Source: Massilicoli timonensis
GTDB taxonomy: Bacteria > Bacillota_I > Bacilli_A > Erysipelotrichales > Erysipelotrichaceae
Assembly: GCF_900199515.1 (NCBI RefSeq)
Contig: NZ_LT963433.1
Location: 60,001 to 92,000, forward strand
Direction of reading: 5' to 3'
Length of the DNA: 32,000 bases
Part shown: in pieces, positions 1-9,560 of the stretch
Layout of the letters: every line of letters starts with the position of its first letter
How positions within the stretch are numbered: position 1 is the stretch's first letter
The notes under the pieces: model-generated
Told to the model about the DNA's origin: nothing
The model's input: the letters and a program-made list of their open reading frames with translations, nothing else
Databases searched by the model: none
Program-made: the position numbers and the translations under genes

Positions 1-1303
1 TATGATGCTGCACCAAACGATCAAAAAAGGTTTCATCCTTGTCATACATCAGATAATCATAGCGGATACCGGAGCGAATAAATACCTTTTTGACATTTGG
101 CAGCGCTCTGACTTGATCCAGCATATCGACATAATGACTGTGATTCACTTTCAGATTCGGACATGGCGTCGGCCATAAGCACTGCCGCTTCGCACAGGCG
201 CCATGTGTCTGCTGCTTATCACAGGCAGGTCGGGAAAAATTAGCACTGGGTCCGCCGACATCATGAATATATCCCTTAAAATTTTTCATCTGTGTGATCG
301 TTTTGGCTTCCGCTACAACACTTTCCACACTTCGTGTCGAGATGACACGCCCCTGATGAGAGGTAATGGCACAAAATGCACATGCGCCAAAGCAGCCACG
401 GTTGCTCGTAATGGAAAACTGTACTTCTTCGATCGCCGGCACATAATGATATTTAGGGTGAAAGGTGCGCTCATAGGGAAGTGAATAAGTGAAATCCATC
501 TGTTCCTGTGTCAATGGCAGCGGCGGCTGATTACAGATCACATACCAGCCCTCATAAGCTTCAATCAGCATTTTAGAATTGATCGCATCCTGATTTTCAT
601 ACTGGATCATAAAGCTTTTCGCATAGGCGCGTTTATCGGTTCTTACCTGTTCATAGCTCGGCAGCAGAATATAGTCATCAACGATCATATCCAAAGTTTT
701 GCTTTTCCACACCGTTCCTCTGATATAACAAATATCCTGCACTGCCAAACCGCTGTTCAAAGCATCAGCCACTTCAACGATCGTATTTTCTCCCATCCCA
801 AACATCAAAAGATCGGCCTGTGAATCGATCAAGATCGACCGCCGTACTTTATCATCCCAATAATCATAATGCGCCAGTCTTCGCAAGCTCGCTTCGATCC
901 CGCCGATCAGTACCGGCACATCGGGAAATAAGCGTTTTAGGATCTGCGTATAAACGATTGTCGGCCGATCCGGTCGTTTCCCCATGATCCCATCATCACT
1001 GTAAGCATCCTGATCCCTTCTTCGTTTATTCACTGAATAATGATTGACCATTGAATCGATATTGCCGGCGGACACCAAAAAGCCAAGGCGCGGCGTACCG
1101 AATTGTAAAAACTCCTCATCCTTATGCCAGTCAGGCTGCGCAAGAATGGCACAGCTATAACCAAATGCCTGCAAGGTGCGGGTAATGATGGCACAGCCAA
1201 AAGAAGGATGATCGACATAGGCATCACCCAGTACATAGATAAAATCGACCTGTTCATAGCCCTGCTCCTGCATTTCTTCTTTCGTTGTCGGTAAAAAAGC
1301 CAT
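1..1303 (-). CDS. YgiQ-family radical SAM protein (UPF0313), first ~434 codons; gene runs off the window start
   Basis: Not in the ORF track because it has no stop in the window; the 1030..1308 track ORF is the wrong frame. Minus-strand ATG at 1303 follows AGGAGGG and gives MAFLPTTKEEMQEQGYEQVDFIYVLGDAYVDHPSFGCAII... The radical-SAM motif NRGCFGACAFCAIT is encoded around nt 365-410. The frame stays open to nt 1. Confidence 0.85.
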   Translation of the reverse strand, partial: MAFLPTTKEEMQEQGYEQVDFIYVLGDAYVDHPSFGCAIITRTLQAFGYSCAILAQPDWHKDEEFLQFGTPRLGFLVSAGNIDSMVNHYSVNKRRRDQDAYSDDGIMGKRPDRPTIVYTQILKRLFPDVPVLIGGIEASLRRLAHYDYWDDKVRRSILIDSQADLLMFGMGENTIVEVADALNSGLAVQDICYIRGTVWKSKTLDMIVDDYILLPSYEQVRTDKRAYAKSFMIQYENQDAINSKMLIEAYEGWYVICNQPPLPLTQEQMDFTYSLPYERTFHPKYHYVPAIEEVQFSITSNRGCFGACAFCAITSHQGRVISTRSVESVVAEAKTITQMKNFKGYIHDVGGPSANFSRPACDKQQTHGACAKRQCLWPTPCPNLKVNHSHYVDMLDQVRALPNVKKVFIRSGIRYDYLMYDKDETFFDRLVQHH

Positions 1304-1568
1304 CCCATTTCCCTCCTTTTCCTTCCAAGACGATCCTTTCATCGTATTTTTCATCTCATCAATCTATACCAGTAGATTTTAACATGTAAAACCCTAATTG
1401 AAAATATCTAATTAAAAAGCATTTCCTTTCTTTTTCTTACCTCTTTCCATCCGATCAGCGATCATGAAAGATCAGTGATCAAAAAAAACATCTATCGTGA
1501 TGCGCAAGCAAGCCAAACCGCTTTATTATCCATCTGTCTATATCCTAACGGCTATTGCCAAGCAAAGT

Positions 1569-1630
1569 AAAAAAAACACCCTTTGGATAAGGAACACGAT
1601 CGTGCTTTCCACATCTGTCGGGGTGTTTTT
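1569..1630 (-). terminator. Rho-independent terminator downstream of dfx (hairpin flanked by A-run and T-run, usable in both directions)
   Basis: AACACCC (1575-1581) pairs with GGGTGTT (1621-1627). Inner palindrome CACGATCGTG (1595-1604). The A-run 1569-1576 gives the U-tract for the minus transcript. Confidence 0.5.
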
Positions 1631-1651
1631 CTTCTTGTTTAGTACGCTTGC

Positions 1652-2032
1652 CTATGCTTCGATTTCGCTCTTCCAAAGACCATGCAGATTGCAATATTCA
1701 TACACAGTGATCGGTCCATGATAATCTCCGATCGGGAATACCGCCTGCGGTTTGTCATCGGCGCTCAGGTTCACTCTTGCCACATGTCCATCATAAGCTA
1801 CCGCGATCCAAGTGATCCAGTGTTCCGGTGTCATCGGATGCTCAACATCCGCAACCTTGACCGAAACAACACCGTTTTCCACACTTGCGACCGGTACATG
1901 CTTTTCCACTGCCGCATCCGTTGTATTTGGTGTCAATTCTTCCATCGGTTTCCCACAGCAGAATACCGGAACCCCTTTATCAAATACTTTTTCCACTACA
2001 TTACCGCAAACTGAACATTTATATACTTTCAT
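1652..2032 (-). CDS. dfx: Desulfoferrodoxin (2Fe superoxide reductase)
   Basis: 126 aa. N-terminal desulforedoxin-like CSVCGN...CCGKPM, then SOR core (EKHVPV, HPMTPEHWITWI, EYCNLHGLW). RBS TAGGAGGATAAC before the ATG. Confidence 0.9.
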   Translation of the reverse strand: MKVYKCSVCGNVVEKVFDKGVPVFCCGKPMEELTPNTTDAAVEKHVPVASVENGVVSVKVADVEHPMTPEHWITWIAVAYDGHVARVNLSADDKPQAVFPIGDYHGPITVYEYCNLHGLWKSEIEA

Positions 2033-2132
2033 GTTATCCTCCTATGGCTTTCGCCTTTTGCGATGCAAATGATCGCTTTCTATCTCCATTATAACAGCAT
2101 CATCAAGAAACGCAACCGCATTGCCCAACAAT

Positions 2133-2996
2133 TTATTCGATTTCCTGTCTGCCTAAAAACTGTAATAATCGCACATAAGCATTTTGGGCATCGTTTCTGC
2201 CCTGTTCATAAAGCTGTTCCAGCTTTTCACGGTTCTTTTCGATACGTGATACACTGACCGGTTCCTTAGGACGAATCACAAACAGTTTTCCTTCTTCCTC
2301 CAATCGATCGATCTCGTCCATTCGTTCATTATAGCGAAGCGGAGCGGTGATCAAACGATCCACCAACGCCGGTGAAGACTTAAAGTGATTGCGGTAAATG
2401 CTTTGTAAAATAGGCGGTACACTGCTTTTGCGATATCCTTTATTGCGCGTCAAGATCAATACCAGCTGATCACATGCAAAGGGCAGCTCATCAAACAGCG
2501 GTACTGCACAAGTAACGCCTCCATCCAGATACTTTTGATCACGGATCACGACCGGGGCACTTAATAACGGCATACTGCTGCTTGCCTGACAAACTTTCAA
2601 AAAATCTTCATACTCACCTTTTTCCACAAATTCTAATTTTCCGCTCTCACAATTTGAGATACCGACATAAAAACGCTGCTTGGAAGCATAAAATGTTTCA
2701 AAATCAAAGGGCAGTAAATGAGAAAAGATCTCATCAAATACAAAATCAAAATTAAAAAAGCTGCGATCCCTTGCGAGATTGCCGACACCCATATAACGCT
2801 TGTCATTGACATAATTCAAATTTAACTGAATCGATGTTTCTTTCTGTCTTGAAATATAATAAAGGCCATTCAAAGAACCGGCTGAAATGCCGACAACATC
2901 ATCTAAATATAAATGGTGCTCCATCAATACATCTAATACACCGGAAGTATAAACACCTCGCAAAGCGCCTCCCTCTAACACCAAAGCCGTTTTCAT
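2133..2996 (-). CDS. Patatin-like phospholipase family protein
   Basis: 287 aa. Oxyanion LEGGALRG, nucleophile GISAGS (GxSxG), catalytic DGG (YLDGGV). RBS AAGGAG 7 nt upstream. Confidence 0.85.
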   Translation of the reverse strand: MKTALVLEGGALRGVYTSGVLDVLMEHHLYLDDVVGISAGSLNGLYYISRQKETSIQLNLNYVNDKRYMGVGNLARDRSFFNFDFVFDEIFSHLLPFDFETFYASKQRFYVGISNCESGKLEFVEKGEYEDFLKVCQASSSMPLLSAPVVIRDQKYLDGGVTCAVPLFDELPFACDQLVLILTRNKGYRKSSVPPILQSIYRNHFKSSPALVDRLITAPLRYNERMDEIDRLEEEGKLFVIRPKEPVSVSRIEKNREKLEQLYEQGRNDAQNAYVRLLQFLGRQEIE

Positions 2997-3068
2997 GTTC
3001 TCACTCCTTACCGCTGTTATTATAGTCCTTCTTTTTTAGACATGCAAGCAACCGCAATGGCGATGCTA

Positions 3069-3097
3069 TAAAAAGCAAGAGCTGATCGTATCTCTTG
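3069..3097 (-). terminator. Possible weak terminator downstream of the MerR-family gene
   Basis: CAAGAG (3076-3081) / CTCTTG (3092-3097), a 6-bp stem with 10-nt loop, followed on the minus strand by CTTTTTAT. Confidence 0.35.
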
Positions 3098-3205
3098 AAA
3101 TAAGCACTCATCCGTTTGCCAAATATCATTTCCGTAAAGAAAACTTCTTTATAGGCAACAAGGCGATGATGCTAATCACTGCAAACGGCTTTTATCAATA
3201 GATTC

Positions 3206-4087
3206 CTATTTCCCATATTTCCTATGACGATCGTGAATTGTCTGCTTTTCCATCAGGCTTGATTCATCCTCGATCTTTCTGACACAAAGCCGCAATACAT
3301 AATGATCCTCCCCTTTTACCGCGATTTCATCCATCAGTACATCCTCATAAATACGATCATCGATCCGCCAGCCATTCTTTGAAACCGCCTGCATCAACCG
3401 CTCATAGCAGCGATATGCCTGATCAAAGGAACCGACATGATAGGCGCAAAGATAAGTACCGGCCTCCCTGATCGTATAAGAAAGACGCTTCGGTCTATGA
3501 TTCATCAAGAAATAGACTTGTTCATAGCATCCATATCCCTTTTTCTCGATTGCTTCCCGTTTCATGCTGGCACCGATGCCGTAAGGTGAACAAAAACTGC
3601 CGCTCTTGCTTTTTATGATCAATTCGCTGATCTGTTTAGCAAGCGTATAATGATCATAAGCAGACAAAGGAGCCGCATATAAATATTGCTTCGGAAATGA
3701 CATAATCTGTATTTCTTCTACATTGATCGACAGTGCTTCTTCGATCACGCGCATCTGCTCATTGACCCATAATTTCATTTCTTTTAATCTGCGGATATGC
3801 GCATCCAACAGCTGGTTTTCTTCCTTTAACAAAGCGAGAAAGCGCTTCGGATCACGATTATCTAAATAGGCTTTGATCTCTTTCAGCGGCATGTTTAATT
3901 CTTTCAACAGTTCGATCACATGAAAAAGATCGATTTGGGAAATCGAATAACAGCGATATCCGTTTTCCTTTACAAGCTCAGGCTGAAACAAGCCGATCTC
4001 ATCATAATGAAACAGCGTGTGTTTGGTCGTTCCGACCGTTTTGGCAAATTCGCCGCATGACAGATAACGATCATTTTCCGGTTTCAT
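3206..4087 (-). CDS. MerR-family transcriptional activator with C-terminal GyrI-like effector-binding domain (BmrR-like)
   Basis: N-terminal HTH YLSCGEFAKTVGTTKHTLFHYDEIGLF...GYRCYS, a coiled-coil linker, then a ~150-aa C-terminal domain. Start set at the ATG preceded by GAGGTG (MKPEN...); the track ORF extends to a GTG at 4096. Divergent from a MATE pump. Confidence 0.85.
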   Translation of the reverse strand: MKPENDRYLSCGEFAKTVGTTKHTLFHYDEIGLFQPELVKENGYRCYSISQIDLFHVIELLKELNMPLKEIKAYLDNRDPKRFLALLKEENQLLDAHIRRLKEMKLWVNEQMRVIEEALSINVEEIQIMSFPKQYLYAAPLSAYDHYTLAKQISELIIKSKSGSFCSPYGIGASMKREAIEKKGYGCYEQVYFLMNHRPKRLSYTIREAGTYLCAYHVGSFDQAYRCYERLMQAVSKNGWRIDDRIYEDVLMDEIAVKGEDHYVLRLCVRKIEDESSLMEKQTIHDRHRKYGK

Positions 4088-4099
4088 TGTCATCACCTC

Positions 4100-4130
4100 T
4101 TGACTATCGGGTTACCCTATCGTTTATGAT
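4100..4130 (+). promoter_or_regulatory. MerR-type promoter of the MATE gene: -35 TTGACT, 19-bp spacer, -10 TATGAT, with an imperfect dyad in the spacer
   Basis: TTGACT 4100-4105 and TATGAT 4125-4130. The spacer 4106-4124 is 19 bp by direct count. Dyad ACTATCGGGT-T-ACCCTATCGT (4103-4123) has 8 of 10 arm positions complementary. Confidence 0.6.
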
Positions 4131-4162
4131 AGCACATGTCGATATCGAAAGGAAGTGATCAA

Positions 4163-5491
4163 ATGAAAAATCATATTGCACAGGATTTTACCTTTCCTTC
4201 TTTGATGAGATTTGTTTTCCCGACGATCATCATGATGGTATTTATGTCCTTATACACGATCGTCGATGGAATCTTTGTATCAAGACTGCTCGGCAGCAAT
4301 GCCCTTTCTTCTTTGAATATCGTATATCCGATCCTCAGTGGAATCTTAGCCATCGGTATCATGTTGGGAACCGGCGGCAGTGCGATCATCGCCCGCAAGC
4401 TGGGAGAAAATAAAAAGCAAGAAGCTTATGAAAACTTTTCTTTGATCAGTGTGGCGGCACTTGTGATCAGCGCTGTGATTTGTTTGTTGATCGTCTTGTT
4501 TCTTGAACCGCTTTGCCGCATACTTGGAGCAAATGATTTATTATTGCAGGACAGCAAAACGTATCTGCTGATCATGGGCTGCTTTGCGCCGATTACGATG
4601 ATGCAGCTCATCTACCAGACCCTGTTTGTCACAGCATCAAAACCTGCTCTTGGTTTAAGTGTTACGATCATTGGCGGTATCAGCAATATGGTATTGGATT
4701 ATGTATTTATGGGACCGATGCAGATGGGGATTGCGGGAGCGGCATTGGCCACCGGTATCGGTCAGCTCATTCCGGTGATCGTCGGTTCTGTTTTCTTCTT
4801 TACCAATCATAACGGTTTACATTATGTGCTGCCGAAGTGGAATGGACGCGTGCTGTTTGAAAGCTGTACAAATGGTTCCAGTGAAATGGTCAGCAATCTT
4901 TCCAATGCCGTGATCACATATCTGTTCAACCTGATCATGATGCGGCTGTTAAAAGAAAACGGGGTTGCCGCAATTACCATCGTACTGTACGCCCAGTTTT
5001 TATTTAATGGACTGTATCTTGGTTTCTCGATGGGAGTCGCACCGATTATCAGCTATCATTACGGCGCCCAAAACAGCGATGTCCTGCGCCGGCTTTATCG
5101 GATCTGCATGCGCTTCATCATCGGCAGTTCGATCGTCGTCGTATTGATTTCGATGTTCTGTGCTTCAGCTTTGATCACCATTTTTACCACGCCGCAGGAT
5201 CCGACTCATGATATTGCGCTGCATGGTTTTTATCTGTTTGCGATCAATTTCCTGTTTGCGGGCATCAATATTTTTGCTTCTGCTTTATTTACCGCTTTCT
5301 CCAATGGAAAAGTATCAGCCATCATCTCTTTCTTACGCACCTTTGTCATCATTGTCGCATGCGTCTTGATCTTGCCATCTCTCATCGGTGTGGATGGTGT
5401 ATGGCTTTCGATTCCTTTGGCTGAGCTGCTTACTTTATTTGTATCTTTGTTATATTTGCGTCTGTTCAAAGACATTTATCAATATGGATAA
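4163..5491 (+). CDS. MATE-family multidrug efflux transporter
   Basis: ~442 aa, 12 hydrophobic segments. N-terminus FTFPSLMRFVFPTIIMMVFMSLYTIVDGIFVSR is typical of MATE. Start moved to the ATG at 4163 (MKNH...), which follows GAAAGGAAG and lies downstream of the predicted -10. Confidence 0.9.
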   Translation: MKNHIAQDFTFPSLMRFVFPTIIMMVFMSLYTIVDGIFVSRLLGSNALSSLNIVYPILSGILAIGIMLGTGGSAIIARKLGENKKQEAYENFSLISVAALVISAVICLLIVLFLEPLCRILGANDLLLQDSKTYLLIMGCFAPITMMQLIYQTLFVTASKPALGLSVTIIGGISNMVLDYVFMGPMQMGIAGAALATGIGQLIPVIVGSVFFFTNHNGLHYVLPKWNGRVLFESCTNGSSEMVSNLSNAVITYLFNLIMMRLLKENGVAAITIVLYAQFLFNGLYLGFSMGVAPIISYHYGAQNSDVLRRLYRICMRFIIGSSIVVVLISMFCASALITIFTTPQDPTHDIALHGFYLFAINFLFAGINIFASALFTAFSNGKVSAIISFLRTFVIIVACVLILPSLIGVDGVWLSIPLAELLTLFVSLLYLRLFKDIYQYG

Positions 5492-5578
5492 GCGCTGCTT
5501 TCACAACGCCCTTTCAAAGAGCAGGAAACAAGATGCTCTCACAGCACGCTATATCCTTTCCCGCATACTGCTTCATAT

Positions 5579-5634
5579 AAAAACTGTTCCTCTACTCAGA
5601 TCATCATCGATCTATCCTATGGAACAGTTTTTTT
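5579..5634. terminator. Bidirectional terminator between the convergent MATE and DUF349 genes
   Basis: AAAACTGTTCC (5580-5590) pairs perfectly with GGAACAGTTTT (5621-5631). T-run follows on the + strand; A-run precedes, giving the U-run for the minus transcript. Confidence 0.6.
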
Positions 5635-5636
5635 GT

Positions 5637-6788
5637 TTATGCTTCTGTTAATCGTGCATCGATATCTGCAATTTCTTTTTCCAGTTCTTCAATAAACGCC
5701 TTTTTATCTTCAATGGCTTCTTCCATCTCATCGATCGCCCGCTGACCAAGCAATCCGACCATATCCTGCTTCATGTGTTCGATCTGGCGCTTCTGATTTT
5801 GGATCAGTTCTGCTTTGCGGTTTCGTATCTCTTGCATGTGTTGTAACCAGTTCGCATGCTTTTCTTCATTCCAAGCCTTCAATCCCGCAAAATAATCATC
5901 CATGATGGAACGGAATACTTTCCATACCTGATCTTCTTTTTCTTTTCCGCAAGAGCCAACCGCTTTCCATTTGACGCCAAGCTCTTTCATCGCCGCTGTA
6001 TGTTCCTTCGTATATTCCTTTGTATCGGCAATGGCTTTCGCCTGTGCGATCAGCGCCTGTTTCGCTTCGTATTTTTGATGCTGCTCCTCATGAAGTTCAT
6101 CGTAATGTGCATTTCTTCTGTCATAGAACTGCTGGCGGGCTTCCTTAAACGCATCCCACAATTCATCTTCATGTTCTCGGCCGGCACTGCCGACTGCCTT
6201 CCATTCTTCCATCAGCTCACGATATGTGTTGCTTGTTTTTTGCCACTGCTCAGAATCGGCTAACTCGCGTGCTTTGGCGATCAATTCTGTTTTTACGGCG
6301 CGCGCTTTTTCAAACTGTTCTTTTCGATTTGCCCAATAAGCACGCTTCAATTCATAAAACTGTTTACGAATTGCATGGAATGTTTCCCACAGCTCATCAT
6401 CTTTTTCTTTTCCGGCATTGCCTGCTTCTTTCCAGCGTGTCATCAGCGCATCCATTTCCTGAGCCGCTTTATTGAAATCCTGTGCTTCCAACAGTGCCTT
6501 TGCTTCCTCGATGATCGCTTCCTTTACTGCCTGGATGCTTTCATAACTCGCCCGCTTCTTTGCATAGTATGCATCCAGATATTGATCGAATTCTTCCATC
6601 AATTCATCTTCCAACACACTTTCCCAATAAGCGATGAGGTTCCATGCCTTTCTTAAATTTGCAACGGCACGCGCATCCGGTTCTTCTGCCGCCATCAGTT
6701 CTTTCGCTTCCGCAATCAATTCCTTGCGCAAAGCGATGTCCTGATCTAAATCACTCACTTCATACATTTCATCACGATCGTTATACAT
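5637..6788 (-). CDS. DUF349 repeat protein
   Basis: At least four ~75-aa repeats of the type W+x(A/V)Gxxxx(E/K)x(E/D)(D/E)xLWxxF+xxxxxFYxxR. Start set at MYNDRD (ATG 6788), which follows GGAGGATTATT. Confidence 0.8.
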   Translation of the reverse strand: MYNDRDEMYEVSDLDQDIALRKELIAEAKELMAAEEPDARAVANLRKAWNLIAYWESVLEDELMEEFDQYLDAYYAKKRASYESIQAVKEAIIEEAKALLEAQDFNKAAQEMDALMTRWKEAGNAGKEKDDELWETFHAIRKQFYELKRAYWANRKEQFEKARAVKTELIAKARELADSEQWQKTSNTYRELMEEWKAVGSAGREHEDELWDAFKEARQQFYDRRNAHYDELHEEQHQKYEAKQALIAQAKAIADTKEYTKEHTAAMKELGVKWKAVGSCGKEKEDQVWKVFRSIMDDYFAGLKAWNEEKHANWLQHMQEIRNRKAELIQNQKRQIEHMKQDMVGLLGQRAIDEMEEAIEDKKAFIEELEKEIADIDARLTEA

Positions 6789-7071
6789 AATAATCCTCCA
6801 ATTATTCATAAATCCTTTCTTATGAATCTTCACAATATAGATTTTACATCATATTGAAAGAAAAATCATTCATAATTTACAGTTTTTATCCTTTTTTTGT
6901 TTTTTATTGCTGTAAATTCGTAAATTGCCCCCGCTTTTTTGTATAAATACATACCAGCCAAGGTTTGAACAAAACAGGATCAAGAAGAATGGTTCTTGAA
7001 ACGATGTACTTTTACTGACACACCTTTTCCCTGCAACAGGCAGGATAAAAGGATCTGCTCTCTTTTCCCCA

Positions 7072-7098
7072 AAAGAAAAAAGGCTGATTCCCAGCCTC
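7072..7098 (-). terminator. Rho-independent terminator of the hydrogenase-fusion operon
   Basis: AGGCTG (7081-7086) / CAGCCT (7092-7097) with a 5-nt loop. On the minus strand it is followed by TTTTTTCTTTT. Confidence 0.65.
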
Positions 7099-7106
7099 TT
7101 TCTATC

Positions 7107-9155
7107 TTAGTAGTTTGTTGATTTTCTTTCAAAGTAAGCGCGTGAGTATCCGCAAGTCGGGCATACTTCCGGTGCTTCTTTGCCAAAGTGCAGGTGTCCG
7201 CACTGACGGCACATCCAGAAGATCTCTCCGTTTTCGTTAAATACTTCACCTTTTTTCAGACGATCCAACAATGTGCGATAGCGTTCTTCATGTGCTTTTT
7301 CCACACCGGCAACCAGATCGAATTTCTTTGCCAGTTCTTCAAAGCCTTCTTCGCGTGCTTCCTGCGCCATACGCTTATACATATCAGTCCATTCATCGTT
7401 TTCGCCCTGAGCTGCCGTTTCTAAGTTTGCGGCAGTATCACCGATGCCATGGAATTCTGAATACCACATTTTCGCATGCTGCGATTCCTGTTCAGAGGTT
7501 TCCATAAAGATCGCCGCGATCTGTTCGTAACCTTCCTGTGCCGCCTTCTGTGCGAAATATTTGTATTTATTTCTTGCCTGACTTTCACCGGCAAATGCTT
7601 CCATCAGGTTCTTTTCTGTTTTTGTACCTGCATATTTGCTTGCGCCTGCCGGTTTTGCTTCTACGATTTCTTCAAACTGGGAAGCCGGAACATGGCATAA
7701 CGGACAAGTAAAATCAGCCGGAAGCGCTTCTCCTTCATAAACATAACCACATACTTTACACTTAAATTTCTTCATTTTCTGTACCTTTCCTTTCTTTAAG
7801 TCGCCTGAGCGATCCACATAAGTGGTGTGTAATATTCGTTTCGCCAAATCGCTGAGCGGTTTTGCGTAAAACGTTTCGTAAATCTGTATGATCTCAGGAT
7901 TGTCATGCGAACAGCGAATCGTCATCGCCTCATCCCGATCATACAACGCCTGCATGCGTTTTGCATGCACATTTTCCTGCAATAATGCTTCTTTCGGTTG
8001 ACCGCCGCCGCCAATACAGCCGCCCGGACAAGTCATGACCTCGATAAAATCATACCGCACTTCTTTTGCTTTTAATTTCTGCAATACCTGTTTGGCATTT
8101 GCCGTGCCATAGATGACCGCATAGCTCAACGGGATACCGGCGATCTCTACACTGCCGGCTTTTACACCATCTAAACCGCGCACCGGCTCATAATGCAGTA
8201 AATCAGCCGGTGGGTTATTTCCGGTAATCAGATAATAAGCCGTACGTAATGCGGCTTCCATAACACCGCCGCTGTTGCCGAATAAAACGCCTGCCCCTGA
8301 CGCATCTGACATTAACGCATCATAGGACGCATCCTCCAGTGCTTCGAAAGCGATGTTTTCTTCCTTTGCCCATCGCGCCAATTCTCTTGCCGTCATGACA
8401 TAGTCCATATCGCGCAGATCTTCTAATCCCAGATAATCCTGCGCCGCATGCATTTCTTCACGCTTGATCTCAAACTTTTTCGCCGTACACGGCGTCAATG
8501 CGACATTGACGATACGTTTTGGATCGATATTTCGATACTTGGCAAAATAAGTTTTGATCGTTGGTCCCTGCATGGAAATCGGACTTTTTGCCGATGATAG
8601 ATTTGCGAGCATCGATGGCTCATAGGTTTCAACAAATTTGACCCATGCCGGGCAGCAGCTCGTAAACTGCGGCAGGACACCGCCGTTTTGAATGCGCTCT
8701 ACTAATTCGCTCGCTTCTTCCATGATCGTAAGATCGGCAGCGAAATTGGTATCCAGCACATAGTCAAATCCCAGTTTGCGCAGCAATGCCACCATCTTTC
8801 CTTCTACAAAGGCGCCGCTTTCCATGCCAAACGCCTCGCCCAAGGCAGCTCTGACAGCCGGTGAAGTGGATACGATCACGATTTGATTCGGATCTTTCAG
8901 CGCTTCTTTGATGCCATTTGTATCATCTCTTTCCATGATACTGTCTACCGGACAGACATTGGCGCACTGTCCGCAGTAAATACAAATGGCCCGATCACCG
9001 GTTTCCTCCAGCGAATATGTGCCGTGTACTGCAATTTGTTTTTCACAGACCTCTTTACACATACCGCAGCGAATACATTTTTCTTCAACTCTTACGATCG
9101 CCGGATTATCGGTATCGATCGCAACTCTGACGCTCAATGGTTCATGTCTGCTCAT
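7107..9155 (-). CDS. [FeFe]-hydrogenase (2x[4Fe-4S] + H-cluster domain) fused in-frame to rubredoxin and rubrerythrin domains
   Basis: Ferredoxin motifs [11 protein letters not shown] and [13 protein letters not shown]-cluster signatures [34 protein letters not shown]. Rubredoxin CKVCGY...CPLC. Diiron ferritin-like ligands [26 protein letters not shown]. Terminal CRQCGH...CPTCG. Start set at MSRHEPL (ATG 9155) after AAGGAG; the track ORF's earlier ATG lies inside the upstream gene. Confidence 0.9.
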   Translation of the reverse strand: MSRHEPLSVRVAIDTDNPAIVRVEEKCIRCGMCKEVCEKQIAVHGTYSLEETGDRAICIYCGQCANVCPVDSIMERDDTNGIKEALKDPNQIVIVSTSPAVRAALGEAFGMESGAFVEGKMVALLRKLGFDYVLDTNFAADLTIMEEASELVERIQNGGVLPQFTSCCPAWVKFVETYEPSMLANLSSAKSPISMQGPTIKTYFAKYRNIDPKRIVNVALTPCTAKKFEIKREEMHAAQDYLGLEDLRDMDYVMTARELARWAKEENIAFEALEDASYDALMSDASGAGVLFGNSGGVMEAALRTAYYLITGNNPPADLLHYEPVRGLDGVKAGSVEIAGIPLSYAVIYGTANAKQVLQKLKAKEVRYDFIEVMTCPGGCIGGGGQPKEALLQENVHAKRMQALYDRDEAMTIRCSHDNPEIIQIYETFYAKPLSDLAKRILHTTYVDRSGDLKKGKVQKMKKFKCKVCGYVYEGEALPADFTCPLCHVPASQFEEIVEAKPAGASKYAGTKTEKNLMEAFAGESQARNKYKYFAQKAAQEGYEQIAAIFMETSEQESQHAKMWYSEFHGIGDTAANLETAAQGENDEWTDMYKRMAQEAREEGFEELAKKFDLVAGVEKAHEERYRTLLDRLKKGEVFNENGEIFWMCRQCGHLHFGKEAPEVCPTCGYSRAYFERKSTNY

Positions 9156-9156
9156 C

Positions 9157-9546
9157 TCATTCTCCTTTTTCCGCTTTGCGGCATTCTTCACAAATCCCAT
9201 AAAACTCGATTGAATGTCCTTCAATCAAAAAACCGTTTACCTGCTCTACATCTTCCATGTGCGCCTGATAAGGGAATGGTGCATCGATTACCTTGCCACA
9301 GATACGGCAGCGCAGATGATAATGAGGAGGATTTTTTAATTCATAGTGCATTTCCGAATCATTTACCGGCACCTTCATGATCGTACCTTCTTCGCTCTCT
9401 TGATTTAAGATACGAAAGACGGTTGCCTTGCTGATCGTCGGATAATCGGCGCGCACATACGCATAGACCTGTGAGGCAGTCGGATGATTGTGCATCTTCT
9501 TTAAGGCGTTCATAACGATCTGTCTTTGTAATGTGTTACGCTTCAT
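9157..9546 (-). CDS. Fur-family metalloregulator, PerR-like
   Basis: Winged-helix N-terminus, [11 protein letters not shown] and CEEC (two CxxC pairs). ATG 9546 follows AAGGAGG plus 6 nt. The TGA stop ends 1 nt before the hydrogenase-fusion ATG. Confidence 0.8.
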   Translation of the reverse strand: MKRNTLQRQIVMNALKKMHNHPTASQVYAYVRADYPTISKATVFRILNQESEEGTIMKVPVNDSEMHYELKNPPHYHLRCRICGKVIDAPFPYQAHMEDVEQVNGFLIEGHSIEFYGICEECRKAEKGE

Positions 9547-9560
9547 ATACAACCTCCTTA

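Noticed and set aside
1030-1308. Track ORF of 92 aa (MGWLFYRQRKKK...) at the 5' end of the first gene
   Set aside because: It is the wrong frame. The frame starting at ATG 1303 gives a clean YgiQ radical-SAM sequence that stays open to the window edge, while the 92-aa product is low-complexity with no recognisable motif.
2133-2996. Patatin-like phospholipase as a defence-system effector (CBASS/other)
   Set aside because: It is a stand-alone gene with no cyclase, sensor or other defence partners nearby. Its size and C-terminal region look like the common housekeeping patatin-like family of Firmicutes.
5856-6656. Three plus-strand ORFs (135, 83 and 93 aa) antisense to the DUF349 gene
   Set aside because: They are a by-product of the repetitive Glu/Lys/Ala-rich sense frame, whose antisense contains few stops. 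There are no RBSs and the products are Phe/Leu/Cys-rich nonsense.
8883-9380. 165-aa plus-strand ORF antisense to the hydrogenase fusion and the Fur-like gene
   Set aside because: It lies fully inside two strongly supported minus-strand genes. It has no RBS and its sequence is compositionally odd (Cys/His/Phe-rich mirror of the sense codons).
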